Shown here one piece after another: positions 51,959 through 62,383 of a stretch of 64,000 bases of DNA. The position numbers were made by a program, and so were the translations under genes. Under the pieces are notes generated by a model that saw nothing but the letters and a program-made list of their open reading frames with translations, did not search any database and was not told the origin of the DNA. The stretch's first letter is position 1, and the number at the start of each line of letters is the position of its first letter. The stretch is from an uncultured delta proteobacterium (lineage in GTDB: Bacteria > Myxococcota > Kuafuiibacteriia > Kuafuiibacteriales > Kuafuiibacteriaceae), in assembly GCA_963803435.1 (NCBI GenBank), contig CAWDML010000009.1, positions 1,696,001 through 1,760,000 on the forward strand. The letters are read 5' to 3'.

Positions 51959-52040
51959 AGCGACAGTCCCCGTAAGCATGCGATTTAACTCCGACTCTCG
52001 CCTACCGGTGGTTTGACATCGCGCCCGATCGCCGATACCG

Positions 52041-52475
52041 ATGAAGGCGATGGCGCGCTGCACGAGCTCTCTCCGCATCGCGGTCCTCGCGATCGCGGCC
52101 AGCTTTCTCTTGACACCCTTGGTCCTCACCGCCGCCACGGCGGCGGCGACAGCGAAGGAGAAGAGAGCGCCGTCGAAGAAGAAACCTGCGGCGCGGAAGC
52201 GCAGCACTCCACCGGCGAAAAAGACCGTCACTCCCAAGAAAGGAACGGCCGTCGCCCCTCCCGTCGAGGAGAAGAAGGTCGAATCGGATCTCGTGCCCTC
52301 GGCGGATCTTCGGGGACCCACCCGACTCGATTTCGACGATCGCCTTATCCAGGGCCAGACCAACAAGAGCGGCGCGGTGTACCTCTTCGATCGCAAGGAG
52401 ACGGGCATCAGCAGCATGGTTCGAAGGCGGAAGTCCTTCCGCCAGCTCACCCTCCGCACCATCTACGATCATTGA
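52041..52475 (+). CDS. GltF/CglF-like small periplasmic protein
   Basis: Signal, Lys/Pro-rich linker, C-terminal [22 protein letters not shown]...SMV..R.SF; TTGACA at 52013 upstream. Confidence 0.72.
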   Translation: MKAMARCTSSLRIAVLAIAASFLLTPLVLTAATAAATAKEKRAPSKKKPAARKRSTPPAKKTVTPKKGTAVAPPVEEKKVESDLVPSADLRGPTRLDFDDRLIQGQTNKSGAVYLFDRKETGISSMVRRRKSFRQLTLRTIYDH

Positions 52476-52484
52476 GAGAGGCCG

Positions 52485-54779
52485 ATGACCGAACCCTCAG
52501 TTCTCCAGGTCTTCGTCTTCAGAGCCGGCCAGTATGTCGGGAGCGAGATCTTCACCGAAGAAGAGATCGTGATCGGATGTGGCGAGGGTGTCGATCTCGC
52601 GCTCGACGACGCGGCGGTCGCCGCCAACCACGCCATCCTCAGCCACGCCAACGAGCAGGCTACCCTGCTGGATCTCGGCGCGCCCAACGGTACGCTGATC
52701 AACCGCACGCCGATCCAGCACTCGTACGTGACGCCGCGCGACGAGATCCAGATCGGTTCGTACACGCTCAAGATCAAGTTCATGAGCTCGAAGAAGCCGT
52801 CCCTCGCGCCGGGGCCGGCACCGGCCCCGCGCGCCGCTTCGCCCTCGCCCGCCCGCGCGCTCTCTCAACCCGCAGCGCTGGCGAGCGATCTCTCCAACGA
52901 CGAGCCGACGCAGATCGCCCAGCAGAAGAAGATCCGCACCGAGGTCGTGCCGCGAGAGCCGCAAGGTCCTTCCTCGATCGACGACCTGATCAACGGTGAG
53001 CTGTCCCGGACGTTCGGCGAGATCACGGCCTCGATCGAGATCTCCGGATCCGACGTGGTGGCGGCGCGACCGATCAGCGGCGTCAAGATGCCGAAGCGCT
53101 CGCAGCCCAGCACCGCGCGCGAGTCCCAGAAGACCAAGCCGATCGTCCAGATGGAGCGGCCGGTCGAGCGGGTGGCGCCGGAGCGGATCCCGGATCGCGC
53201 GTTCGAGCCGGCGGCACCCTACGGGATCGACGATCTCTATGGCGACGTCCGCGCGCCGGTCACCAAGCCGATGGGCCAGCCGCCGCTGGCGCAGCCCCGT
53301 GTGGAGCTCGAGGCGCCGTCGCCCGTCGAGCGCGCGCGCCCGTTGCCGAGGCCGGCCGACGACGAGATCGACGAAGAGGATCTCGACGCCTCCACGCGCC
53401 CTGGCTTCTCGCTCGTGCAGAAGCTCCGCGAGGCCGAACGCGGGTTGCGGCCGGGATCGGCCCTCGAGGTGATCGGCTTCTCCGACGACGACGTGCGGGC
53501 GGCGGAGCTCCTCTCCAAGAAGGGCGAGCGGTTCGTGCTGGGCCGAGGCAAGCACCGAGAGGCGCCCGACGCGGGCTACCCGGGCCTCAAGATCGCACGG
53601 ATGGTGGGAGACGGCGCCGCCGAGATCCAGTTCCCGACCGCCGCCGCCGGATGGATCGAGGCCCAGGGCAAGCGAACCCCGCTCGACACGCTCAAGATCC
53701 CGCAGAACGCCGTCTCGAGGAAGGGCGACGTGTTCCGCACGAGGTTGTCCCGCGGATCGACCGCCATCCTCCAGTTCGGGGGCACGGGGTACTACTTCCG
53801 CTTCGTCGAGCCCCCGCCGACCCGTGAGGAGCCGTTCAAGCTGGTGGTCGATCGCTTCATCGCGAAGGCGGTCGCCACCTCCTTCGCCGTCCACCTGGTG
53901 ATCCTGCTGATGGTCGCCCTCTTCTCGGAGGGCGTCAGCTACAGCGACGTCCCGCGCGAGGAGTGGGCCGAGCTCACCAAGGACGACCTGCGCGACGTCG
54001 AGATCAAGGAGCCCGAGCCACCGCCGCCGGAGCCGGAGCCCGAGCCTGAGCCGGTCGTGGATGAGCCCGAGCCCGAGCCCGAGCCGGATCCCAAGCCGCC
54101 GCCGCCGCGCCGAAAGCACGAGAAACGGGTCAGGCAGGCCCCGAAGGGCTTCAGCAAGGAAGAGGTCAAGACGGCCGGCGTGCTGGGCGCGATGGGCAAG
54201 CTGAACCTCAAGGTCCCGGGCAAGAAGAGCATGGTGACCGCCGTGTCGAACATCGACGCCGTTCATGCGCCGGGCGGCTCCAACTTCCGCGTGGGCGCGC
54301 TGGTCGGGAAGCTGCCCTCGTCGCAGGTGAGCGTGGGTGGTGGCGGAGGCGGAAAGCTGCTCACCCGCGGCGGCGCCGAGCTGCTCAAGGGCGGCACCGG
54401 CTTCGCCCAGATCGGCAAGCAGAACGGCGCACGCGTGCGTGGAAAGGTCGGCAAGGTCAACTCCACGCGATTGGTCGCAAAGGGCAGCATCTCGCGCGAA
54501 GAGGTGGCCGCGGTGATCAACAAGCACCTCGCCGAGGTTCAGTACTGCTATGAAAAGACGCTGCTGAAGGAACCGGGGCTTCAGGGGAAGCTTGTGCTCG
54601 AGTGGACGATCAACCCCACAGGCTCGGTCGGCCGCGTGAAGCAGAAGACCTCTACGCTGCACAACCCTGCCGTCGCCAGCTGCATCATCGCGGGCCTCCA
54701 GCGCTGGCAGTTCCCGAAGCCGCGCGGGGGCCTGGTGATCGTGTCGTACCCGTTCATCTTCAGCTCGGTCGGGTTCTGA
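52485..54779 (+). CDS. GltG/PglI/AgmX-like protein (FHA, TM, Pro-Glu linker, TonB_C-like domain)
   Basis: FHA (HAIL...DLG.PNGT.IN); TM with SFAVH; PEPEP linker; VQYCYEK.L..P.LQGK..W.I...G.V...CI...WQFPKP.GG.V.VSYPF. Confidence 0.88.
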   Translation: MTEPSVLQVFVFRAGQYVGSEIFTEEEIVIGCGEGVDLALDDAAVAANHAILSHANEQATLLDLGAPNGTLINRTPIQHSYVTPRDEIQIGSYTLKIKFMSSKKPSLAPGPAPAPRAASPSPARALSQPAALASDLSNDEPTQIAQQKKIRTEVVPREPQGPSSIDDLINGELSRTFGEITASIEISGSDVVAARPISGVKMPKRSQPSTARESQKTKPIVQMERPVERVAPERIPDRAFEPAAPYGIDDLYGDVRAPVTKPMGQPPLAQPRVELEAPSPVERARPLPRPADDEIDEEDLDASTRPGFSLVQKLREAERGLRPGSALEVIGFSDDDVRAAELLSKKGERFVLGRGKHREAPDAGYPGLKIARMVGDGAAEIQFPTAAAGWIEAQGKRTPLDTLKIPQNAVSRKGDVFRTRLSRGSTAILQFGGTGYYFRFVEPPPTREEPFKLVVDRFIAKAVATSFAVHLVILLMVALFSEGVSYSDVPREEWAELTKDDLRDVEIKEPEPPPPEPEPEPEPVVDEPEPEPEPDPKPPPPRRKHEKRVRQAPKGFSKEEVKTAGVLGAMGKLNLKVPGKKSMVTAVSNIDAVHAPGGSNFRVGALVGKLPSSQVSVGGGGGGKLLTRGGAELLKGGTGFAQIGKQNGARVRGKVGKVNSTRLVAKGSISREEVAAVINKHLAEVQYCYEKTLLKEPGLQGKLVLEWTINPTGSVGRVKQKTSTLHNPAVASCIIAGLQRWQFPKPRGGLVIVSYPFIFSSVGF

Positions 54780-54794
54780 AGTAGCCTCCCTCCC

Positions 54795-55457
54795 GTGAGC
54801 GGGATTCGAAGCATCGCAGCTGCGGTGATCGTGTCGACCGCGTTCCCGGTCTTGGCTCATGCCGACGAGGACGGTGGGCGCGTCGCGATCCAGCGGAGAA
54901 AATACCAGATGGCGCACGAGCTTCGGCTCTCGATCGGCACGATGCCGGTCGACCCGTTCCAGAAGGGGTGGTCGGCCAGCCTCGCGTATACCGTGCACTT
55001 CGACTACCTGGCCTGGGAGGTCTTCCAGATCACCGGCGCGCTCTTGACGTCGACCGGGCTCAAGAAGGGATTGGAGTCGACGTTCGCGATCCCACCGGAC
55101 GACTTCGCCGCGCCGCGCTTCGTCGCCACCACCGGCATCGAGGTGACCCCGTTCTACGGCAAGCAGGCGCTCTTCAACGGCGCCATCCTCCACCAGAGCC
55201 TGCTGATCGGGCTGTACGCCGGCGCCATCTTCGGCGCCCGCCAGACGATCGCCGACACGCTCACCGACGTCCGCCCCGCGATCGGGCTGGGGATCGGGTG
55301 GCGCTTCTTCCTCAACGAGGTCCTCTCGATCCGCCTCGACGTCCGCAACTTCGTCGACTTCCGCCGCGCCGTCCGGGCCAACGAGAAGTTCGACGTCGAG
55401 GACGTGCTGCTGGGTACGTTCTCCTTCTCCATCAACATGGGGAGGGACGACGCATGA
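54795..55457 (+). CDS. outer-membrane beta-barrel, GltA/GltB/GltH-like
   Basis: Signal AHA; AIQRRKY...HEL....DPF, TPFYGKQALFN, GIGWRFFL...IRLDVRN. Confidence 0.82.
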   Translation: MSGIRSIAAAVIVSTAFPVLAHADEDGGRVAIQRRKYQMAHELRLSIGTMPVDPFQKGWSASLAYTVHFDYLAWEVFQITGALLTSTGLKKGLESTFAIPPDDFAAPRFVATTGIEVTPFYGKQALFNGAILHQSLLIGLYAGAIFGARQTIADTLTDVRPAIGLGIGWRFFLNEVLSIRLDVRNFVDFRRAVRANEKFDVEDVLLGTFSFSINMGRDDA

Positions 55458-56233
55458 AGACGCGTATCCTCGGGGCGTTGATCGCCGCCCGCCTCTTCGC
55501 AACCCAGCCTGCGTTCGCGAGCGACCAGGACGATCTCGGCACCGGACACGTGGTCGCGGTGGAGGATCGGCCCTATCGCATGGTGCACGAGTTCACGGTC
55601 ACCGCCGGCGTGCTCCCGGCCGACGCCCTCTACACGGGGCTCACGCTGGGCGGGTCCTACACGCTCCATCTCACCGATCTATGGGCCTGGGAGGCCGTCA
55701 ACTTCCACTACTCGGCCAACATCGACAGCGGGCTCGACAACACCCTGGCCGATCGCTGGTCGGTCGCGCCCGAGAGCAACCCCGAGATCCGCTACATGAT
55801 CGGCTCGGAGATCGTGCTGACTCCGCTCTTCGGGAAGATCAGCCTCTTCAACAGCTCGATCATCTACGCCTCCACCTTCTTCGCGCTCGGGGGCGGCGTG
55901 GCCCGCTACACCACCGGTTTCCGGCCGCAGGGCACGTTCGGCCCCGGGATCCGCGTCTTCCTGGGGAAGGTGGTCTCGACGCGGCTCGATCTGCGCGCGT
56001 CCCTGGTCCCGGACATCCCGACCGGCGTCGACTTCATCCTCCACGTCATGCTCTCGGTCTCGTTCAACTTCGGGAGCACGCGCGCCACCGAGCTCGGCCA
56101 GGGCGACGAGGTCGTCGACAACACCACCGGCTTCGAGGCGCTCGACGAGCTCTATCCGCTCAGCAACCCGAACCTGGGCAAGAAGAAGGAGACGAAGCAG
56201 GCGCCGTCCCCGGACGAGGGGGACGAGCGATGA
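55454..56233 (+). CDS. second outer-membrane beta-barrel, GltA/GltB-like
   Basis: AVEDRPY...HEF, TPLFGKISLFN, GPGIRVFL...TRLDLR; ATGA overlap. Confidence 0.82.
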   Translation: MKTRILGALIAARLFATQPAFASDQDDLGTGHVVAVEDRPYRMVHEFTVTAGVLPADALYTGLTLGGSYTLHLTDLWAWEAVNFHYSANIDSGLDNTLADRWSVAPESNPEIRYMIGSEIVLTPLFGKISLFNSSIIYASTFFALGGGVARYTTGFRPQGTFGPGIRVFLGKVVSTRLDLRASLVPDIPTGVDFILHVMLSVSFNFGSTRATELGQGDEVVDNTTGFEALDELYPLSNPNLGKKKETKQAPSPDEGDER

Positions 56234-57750
56234 TGCCGTACGCCCTCGCCGGGCAGCTCCTGATCCTCGCGATCGGCGAGGCCACCGCGCCGCCGCCCGC
56301 CCCGCCGCCGAAGGCCGACGCCAAGGAGGCCGCCGACGCCGAGGCAACCCCGCCCAAGTCGCGCCGTCCCGCCGCCGCCCCCACCGTCTTCCAGGACGGC
56401 CTGGGCGCGTTCTACTCGGACGACTTCGTCGGCGCCGCCGCCGACATGTACGACTACGTGTCGACGAACGAGGAGACCGTCGACAACTACGAGTGGGCCC
56501 AATACTTCCTCGGCCTCTCGCTCAGCCGGCTCGGCTTCAAGCACGGCGCCGCGGAGTACCTGTTCGAGGTGGCCAAGAATCGGTCGCACCCGGAGATCCT
56601 CCCGGACGCGCTCACCGAGATCGAGGAGCTCGCCAAGTCGCCGCACGACGAGGAGCTGCTGGACCAGCGGCTGATCGTGGACAACGAGTTCGGCTACCTC
56701 CCGCCGTACGTCTCCGACTTCGTGGACTACACCAAGGGCCTGTTCGACCTCCGCGACGGGCGGGTCGACTGGGCGGAGCGCCTGTTCGATCGGATCCCGG
56801 ACGACAGCAGCTTCAAGCCGAAGGCGATCTACGCCCTGGCCGTCCAGCGGCTCAAGACCAACCGGATGACCGACGCCGTCAAGGGGTTCCGGATCGTCCT
56901 CGATCACCCGCACGCCGACCGCGACCTCCGCAACGAGGCCCGCCTCGCGCTCGCCCGCGTCCTCTACGAGAAGGAGCGCTACGCGGCGGCCCGGAAGATC
57001 TACGACCAGGTCGAGGTACCGGAGCTGTCGGTCGCCGAGGCCTCGCTGTACCTGGAGAAGGCGTGGACCAGCTACTGGCTCCACGACTACCGGAAGACGA
57101 TGGGCATCCTCTACGCGCTGGAGGCCCCCAGCTACCGCGACTACTTCGCGCCGGAGAAGTACCTGCTCCGCGCGCTCGTCTACAAGAACCTCTGCCACTA
57201 CATCCCAGCCAAGCGCGAGATCCGCCGCTTCCGCTTCCGCTTCGACGAGACCCTGGAGAACATCCGCGGCCGGATCGACCTGAGAGAGGACGATCGGCTG
57301 CGCGTCGCCGCCCTCCAGCGGGGTGAGCTCAAGCGGCTGGCGGACTTCCGGCGGCTGCTCACCCGCGAGGCCGATCGAATCGACACGATCGGCGGCCGCT
57401 GGGTCGAGGTCGAGCTCGAGTCGCAGCTGCACCACATCTACCAGCTGAAGGCACAGCAGGTCGATCTGGAGATCGACGCCGAGCTCCGCAAGGGCGCCCG
57501 TGCCGTGGGCAAGGAGCTGGTCGAGTTCGAGGAGCAGATGTACCTGCTCGACTACGAGATCGGCCTCGAGATCTACCGGCGGCTCAAGAAGGAAGACGCC
57601 CGCCGCCCGACCGAGCAGGATGACCTCACGATCCCGTCGGGCGGCGATCAGAACTACTACGAGTTCGTCGACGAGTTCTGGAACGACGAGCTCCCCCGCT
57701 ACCAGTTCTATGTCGAGAACCGCTGCTTCGATGAAGGAGGAGAGGACTGA
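56230..57750 (+). CDS. GltC-like periplasmic TPR protein
   Basis: TPR helices, LEKAW, Y.NLCHY, C-terminal YEFVDEFWNDELPRY...NRC. Confidence 0.82.
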   Translation: MMPYALAGQLLILAIGEATAPPPAPPPKADAKEAADAEATPPKSRRPAAAPTVFQDGLGAFYSDDFVGAAADMYDYVSTNEETVDNYEWAQYFLGLSLSRLGFKHGAAEYLFEVAKNRSHPEILPDALTEIEELAKSPHDEELLDQRLIVDNEFGYLPPYVSDFVDYTKGLFDLRDGRVDWAERLFDRIPDDSSFKPKAIYALAVQRLKTNRMTDAVKGFRIVLDHPHADRDLRNEARLALARVLYEKERYAAARKIYDQVEVPELSVAEASLYLEKAWTSYWLHDYRKTMGILYALEAPSYRDYFAPEKYLLRALVYKNLCHYIPAKREIRRFRFRFDETLENIRGRIDLREDDRLRVAALQRGELKRLADFRRLLTREADRIDTIGGRWVEVELESQLHHIYQLKAQQVDLEIDAELRKGARAVGKELVEFEEQMYLLDYEIGLEIYRRLKKEDARRPTEQDDLTIPSGGDQNYYEFVDEFWNDELPRYQFYVENRCFDEGGED

Positions 57751-60700
57751 TGCATGCCCTCGTCCTGATCCTCGCGCTCCAGACCGGCCAGCTGCCGGGC
57801 CAGGAGGGCTTCCGCAGCCAGGCGCAGCAGCGTCAGGAGTTCATCAACAAGCTGAGGCGCGACATCGCCAAGGTGGCCCACTCGGTGGAGGTGACCCAGG
57901 AGCTGATCGGACGCTCCCGCGGCGCGCCCTTCCTCCCGGACATCTACCTCCGATTGGCCGAGCTCTACGTGGAGCAGGCGCGCTACGAGTTCTATCTGGT
58001 CCACGAGCTCCGAGGTGAGAACTCGAAGGGCTCGGTGGTGGCGCCCACCGCCAAGCTCTTGAAGGAGAAGGCGGTCGAGACCTACAGCCGGATCCTCCAG
58101 GACTGGCCGGACTTCAAGGACAACGACAAGGTGCTCTTCTTCCTCGGCCACGAGTACCGCGAGCTCGGGCAGTACGACGACATGATCGCCCGCTACGAGG
58201 AGCTGGTCAGCAAGTACCCGAAGAGCGAGCTGGTGATGGACGCCTACCTGGTGCTCGGCGACCACCGCTTCGACAAGCAGGATCTGGTCGGCGCCAAGCG
58301 CTACTACCAGAAGATCCTCGACTCGCCGGCGAACCCGGTCCACGACCTCGCCCACTTCAAGATGGGCTGGGTCTTCCTCAACGAGTCCGACTACAAGGAG
58401 GCGCTGCAGCACTTCGAGGCGGCGGCGGCGTCGCGGTACGATGACGACGCCAAGGGCTCGCGCCACGAGAAGTCGCGCCTGGTCAACGTCAAGCGCGAGG
58501 CCCTGATCGACCTGGCCTACGCCTATACCGAGGTGCGCAAGCCGAAGGGCGCGCTGCGCTACTTCCGCCAGCTGGCGCGCTCGCGAAACATGTACCTCTT
58601 GGCCCTCGAGAAGCTGGGCCGCCGGTACTTCGTGAAGCAGGACTTCAACGCGTCGGCGATGGTCTATCGCGAGATCACGCGGCTGTCGCACGACGCCGAG
58701 GAGAACCTCGACTTCACCAACCGTATCTACGCTGCGGCCAAGGCCGCCAAGAACTACCGGCTGGTGCACCTCGACACCGACGAGATGCTCGACGCGCTCG
58801 ACGGCTACCGCTTCGACTGGCGCGTCCCCCAGGCGCAGCGGGACGCCGCCACCAACGACTTCGAGCAGTACGCCCGCGACCTGGCCACCCGGGCGCAGGC
58901 CGCCGCCCTGGCCGGCGACAAGACGATCCTCCCCCGCGTCGCCCAGGCCTATTCGCGCTACCTGGAGAGCTTCCCGGACAACCCGCACCACGCCGACATC
59001 GTCGACAACCTGGCGGACTCGCTGTTCGAGGCCAAGCTCTACGTGGAGGCCGGCGACCGCTACCAGGAGTCGGCCGGGATGGCGAAGGACGACAAGGCCA
59101 AGGAGGAGGCGCTCTACAACGCGTGCGTCGCCTTCTCCGAGGCCCTGAAGAACACCTCCAAGATGGAGCGCTTCGATCGGATCTGGGCGCAGCAGGGTCT
59201 GATCCGGAACGGCGTCAACTACGTGGAGGCGTTCCCCAGCTCCGCGAAGGTCCCGCAGATCAAGCTCAACATCGGCCGCAGCTACTACGAGGCGGGCGAC
59301 TTCGAGCGGGCGATCGGGATCTTCGACGAGTTCATCGCCACCTATCCCACGCACCCGAGCGCGATCACGGTGGCCGACCTGATCCTCGACTCGTACGCGC
59401 AGCAGCAGGAGTACGCGAAGCTCGCCGAGCGCGCCAAGCAACTGGCGGGCGTGGCGAACCTGGGCGATCAGGCGTTCAAGAGCCGGATGATGTCGATGGC
59501 CAAGGGCGCCGAGGAGCGCCGAGATCGGCGAGGTCATCCTGACCGCCTCCATCGAGAAGCAGGCCGGCGGCAACGCGGGTGAGCAGCTCAAGAAGTACTG
59601 GGAGCAGAACAAGAGCTCGCCGGTGGCTGAGAAGACGCTCTACACCGCGTTCGTGCAGTACAAGGAGGCCCGCGACTTCGACAAGACCTTCGAGCTGGGC
59701 AATCAGTTCATCGGCGCCTATCCCAAGTCGGAGTACCTCGGCGACGTCTTCGGGACCCTCGCCGGCTTCACCACGCAGACGGGCGAATACGAGCAGGCGG
59801 CGGTCTATCTCGAGGAGTTCTACCGCCGCTTCCCCACGGATCCCTCGGCGCAGCGGATGCTGGCGCAGGCGGCCGCGATCAAGCAGCTGATCGGCGATCA
59901 CCGGGGCGCGATCGCGGCCTACCGCGAGCTCCTGGGCGCGGTGCGCGATCGGAACCTCAAGAGCGAGTACGCGTCGAAGATGCTGAGCTCCTACGAGGCG
60001 CTCAACGACTGGGACGGGATGCAGGCCGCCGCCGACAGCGTGCTCTCGGGCAACCCGCAGGACGTGAAGGCGCAGCTGATGCTCGGGCTCTCGGCGCAGA
60101 AGGGCGGCGACTTCGAGGCGGCCATCGGCGCGCTCCAGGCGGCGGTGTCGGCGGCGGGGCACACCTCGAACGATCAGGCGCAGGAGGACGCGGCGCGCGC
60201 GGCCTTCTCGCTGGGCGACATCATCTACCGGCAGTTCGAGAAGGTGGGCGTGGACGGCAACATCTCGCAGGCCGCCGAGCAGAAGGCGCAGCTCCTGGGC
60301 GAGCTGGAGGCGGCGCTGGTCGACGCGGTCGGCTACAACCGCGGCGAGTGGGCGGTCGCGGCGCTCCATCGCGCCGCCCTCGCCTACGCCAGCTTCGCCA
60401 AGTTCCTGCGCGACGCGCCTCCGCCCGACGGTCTCGCGGGCGCGCAGCTCGAGCAGTACAAGGCGGCGGTGGCCGAGCAGGCCGGCGCCATCCAGGCCAA
60501 GGCCGACGAGTTCTTCACCACCTGCGTGAAGAAGGCGCGCCAGCTCAACGTGTTCACCGGCGCGGTCCTCGGCTGCGTCGACAAGACCGACGAGAAGGCG
60601 ATCCCGCAGACGACGCCCAACGGATCGGCGCCGCCCAAGCAGAAGCAGGAAGAGCTGAAGCAGGCCCTCACCAAGAACCCGAAGGACCTCGACGCCATCG

Positions 60701-61044
60701 CGGAGCTCGCCGACTACTTCCTCCTCTCCGGTCAGCCGGCGAAGGCGAAGCTGATGGCCGCGCGCGGTCTGGAGATCGACGAGCGCGACGCCCGCTTCCA
60801 CAACAAGATCGGGATGGCGGACCTCCTGCTCGGTCACCCGCAGGATGCCTACTTCGGCTTCCAGCGGGCGGCCGACCTGAAACACCCCTACGCAGAGGCC
60901 AACCTGATCGCGCTGATGGTCGAGTTCAAGGACTTCGCGGGGGCCAAGAAGCTCGCGAAGGACGTCGAGGCCGACGACCTCCCCCAGGGTGCGGCCGACC
61001 TGGTGCCGGGCGCCTCTTCCGCTTATGCGCAGGTCGCGCGATAG
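57750..61044 (+). CDS. GltD/AgmU-like large TPR protein with a GltE-like TPR extension; +1 frameshift near 59519
   Basis: ORFs 57750..59582 and 59623..61044 join if one base is removed at GAGCGCCGAGATC; GltD-like C-terminus WAVAAL....F..AP.P.GL...Y...KA...C..KA..L. Confidence 0.8.
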
Positions 61045-61054
61045 AATTTTGCCC

Positions 61055-62383
61055 ATGAGGGCGTCCCTACTCTTCACCTCTCTGTTCGTCCTCTCGTGCT
61101 CGAGCGGCACGCCGCCGCCGGCCGACCTCAAGGACGCGGGCACGAACACCGGCAACGACGGCGGCGCGCAGGCCGGCGGCCCCGAGTTCGAGTTCGAGCT
61201 GGTGGTGGGATCGAACTCGAGCTCCAACTTCGGCGACAACCTGCGGCTGGCCGTGACCGGCGATGGGCGGCCGGCCGCTGCGTACGGCTACGTGGCGTCG
61301 GGCTCGGCCGAGCGCGAGATCCACGTGGCCGAGCAGGCCGCCGACGGTACCTGGACCGACGAGCGCGCGGTCATCCCGGGGGCGAACGCACCCAGCGGCG
61401 GCGACCTGGTGGGGCTCGGCTTCGGCTACGTCGACGGCGTCCCCTACCTCACGTACATCGGCGGCGACGACGACATGCTCCCGACCACGCCCTTCCCCAC
61501 CGACCTGATGCTGGCGAGCAAGCAGGGCGGCGCGTGGAGCGAGCGCACGCTCGTCGACACCTCCGGCGAGGCGGTGGGCGACTGTCCCGGCACGCAGAAC
61601 TACTGCAACTTCGGCGCGGTGGTCGGCACGCACTCGGCGCTGGCGGTGAAGCCGGGAGGCGGCGGCTTCGCGGTCGTCTACCGCGACACGCACAACGGCT
61701 TCGCCCGCGACGACTACGCCCGCTCCGACACCGAGGTCTACGCCGAGGGCGGACCGTTCACCAACTCCAACGTGGATGCGGTGCGCGGCACCGGCGCGTA
61801 CGCCGACATCGCCTGGCTCCCCGACGGCAACCTGGTGGTCGCCTACGATCTCGAGGAGCCGGACCCGAACGTCGATCGCCTGGGCGTCTGGGCCGCGGCC
61901 TACGACGGCGCCGCCTGGACGCGCACTCGGATCACGCCGAGCCAGACCTCGGCGCGCGTCAGCCTGGCGGTCGATCCGGACGGCGTCGTCTGGCTCGCGT
62001 TCTATGCTGCCGACACCTCCGACCTGGTGGTGGCCAGCTCGTCCGACAGCGGACAGACCTGGACCTCCGAGATGGTCGACTCGGCCGGGCGCACCGGCCT
62101 CTATCCGAGCCTCACCATCGACGCCGAAGGGCGCCCGGTGGTCGCGTACACCTACTGCGGTCCGCAATCGGAGAGCGACTGCCCGCAGTCATTGACGCCC
62201 AAGTCCGTGGTTCGACTGGCGAGAAGAGAGGGGACGGAGTGGAAGATCTATCTGGCCGACGACGGTGAAGGGAACGGCTACGTGGGCACGTTCAACTCGA
62301 TCGCGCTCCTGCCCGACGGCAAGTTGGGCATCGCCTTCCAGCACAGTCGCGACAAGGACGTGATCTTCCTCCGAGAGCAATGA
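61055..62383 (+). CDS. lipoprotein, probable beta-propeller
   Basis: VLSC lipobox; repeated SLA.D.DG.P.VAY and W....VD..G..G.Y.S blades. Confidence 0.75.
   Translation: MRASLLFTSLFVLSCSSGTPPPADLKDAGTNTGNDGGAQAGGPEFEFELVVGSNSSSNFGDNLRLAVTGDGRPAAAYGYVASGSAEREIHVAEQAADGTWTDERAVIPGANAPSGGDLVGLGFGYVDGVPYLTYIGGDDDMLPTTPFPTDLMLASKQGGAWSERTLVDTSGEAVGDCPGTQNYCNFGAVVGTHSALAVKPGGGGFAVVYRDTHNGFARDDYARSDTEVYAEGGPFTNSNVDAVRGTGAYADIAWLPDGNLVVAYDLEEPDPNVDRLGVWAAAYDGAAWTRTRITPSQTSARVSLAVDPDGVVWLAFYAADTSDLVVASSSDSGQTWTSEMVDSAGRTGLYPSLTIDAEGRPVVAYTYCGPQSESDCPQSLTPKSVVRLARREGTEWKIYLADDGEGNGYVGTFNSIALLPDGKLGIAFQHSRDKDVIFLREQ

Noticed and set aside
54010-54090. GAGCCC/GAGCCG tandem repeats
   Set aside because: Ordinary Pro-Glu periplasmic linker of a TonB-like protein
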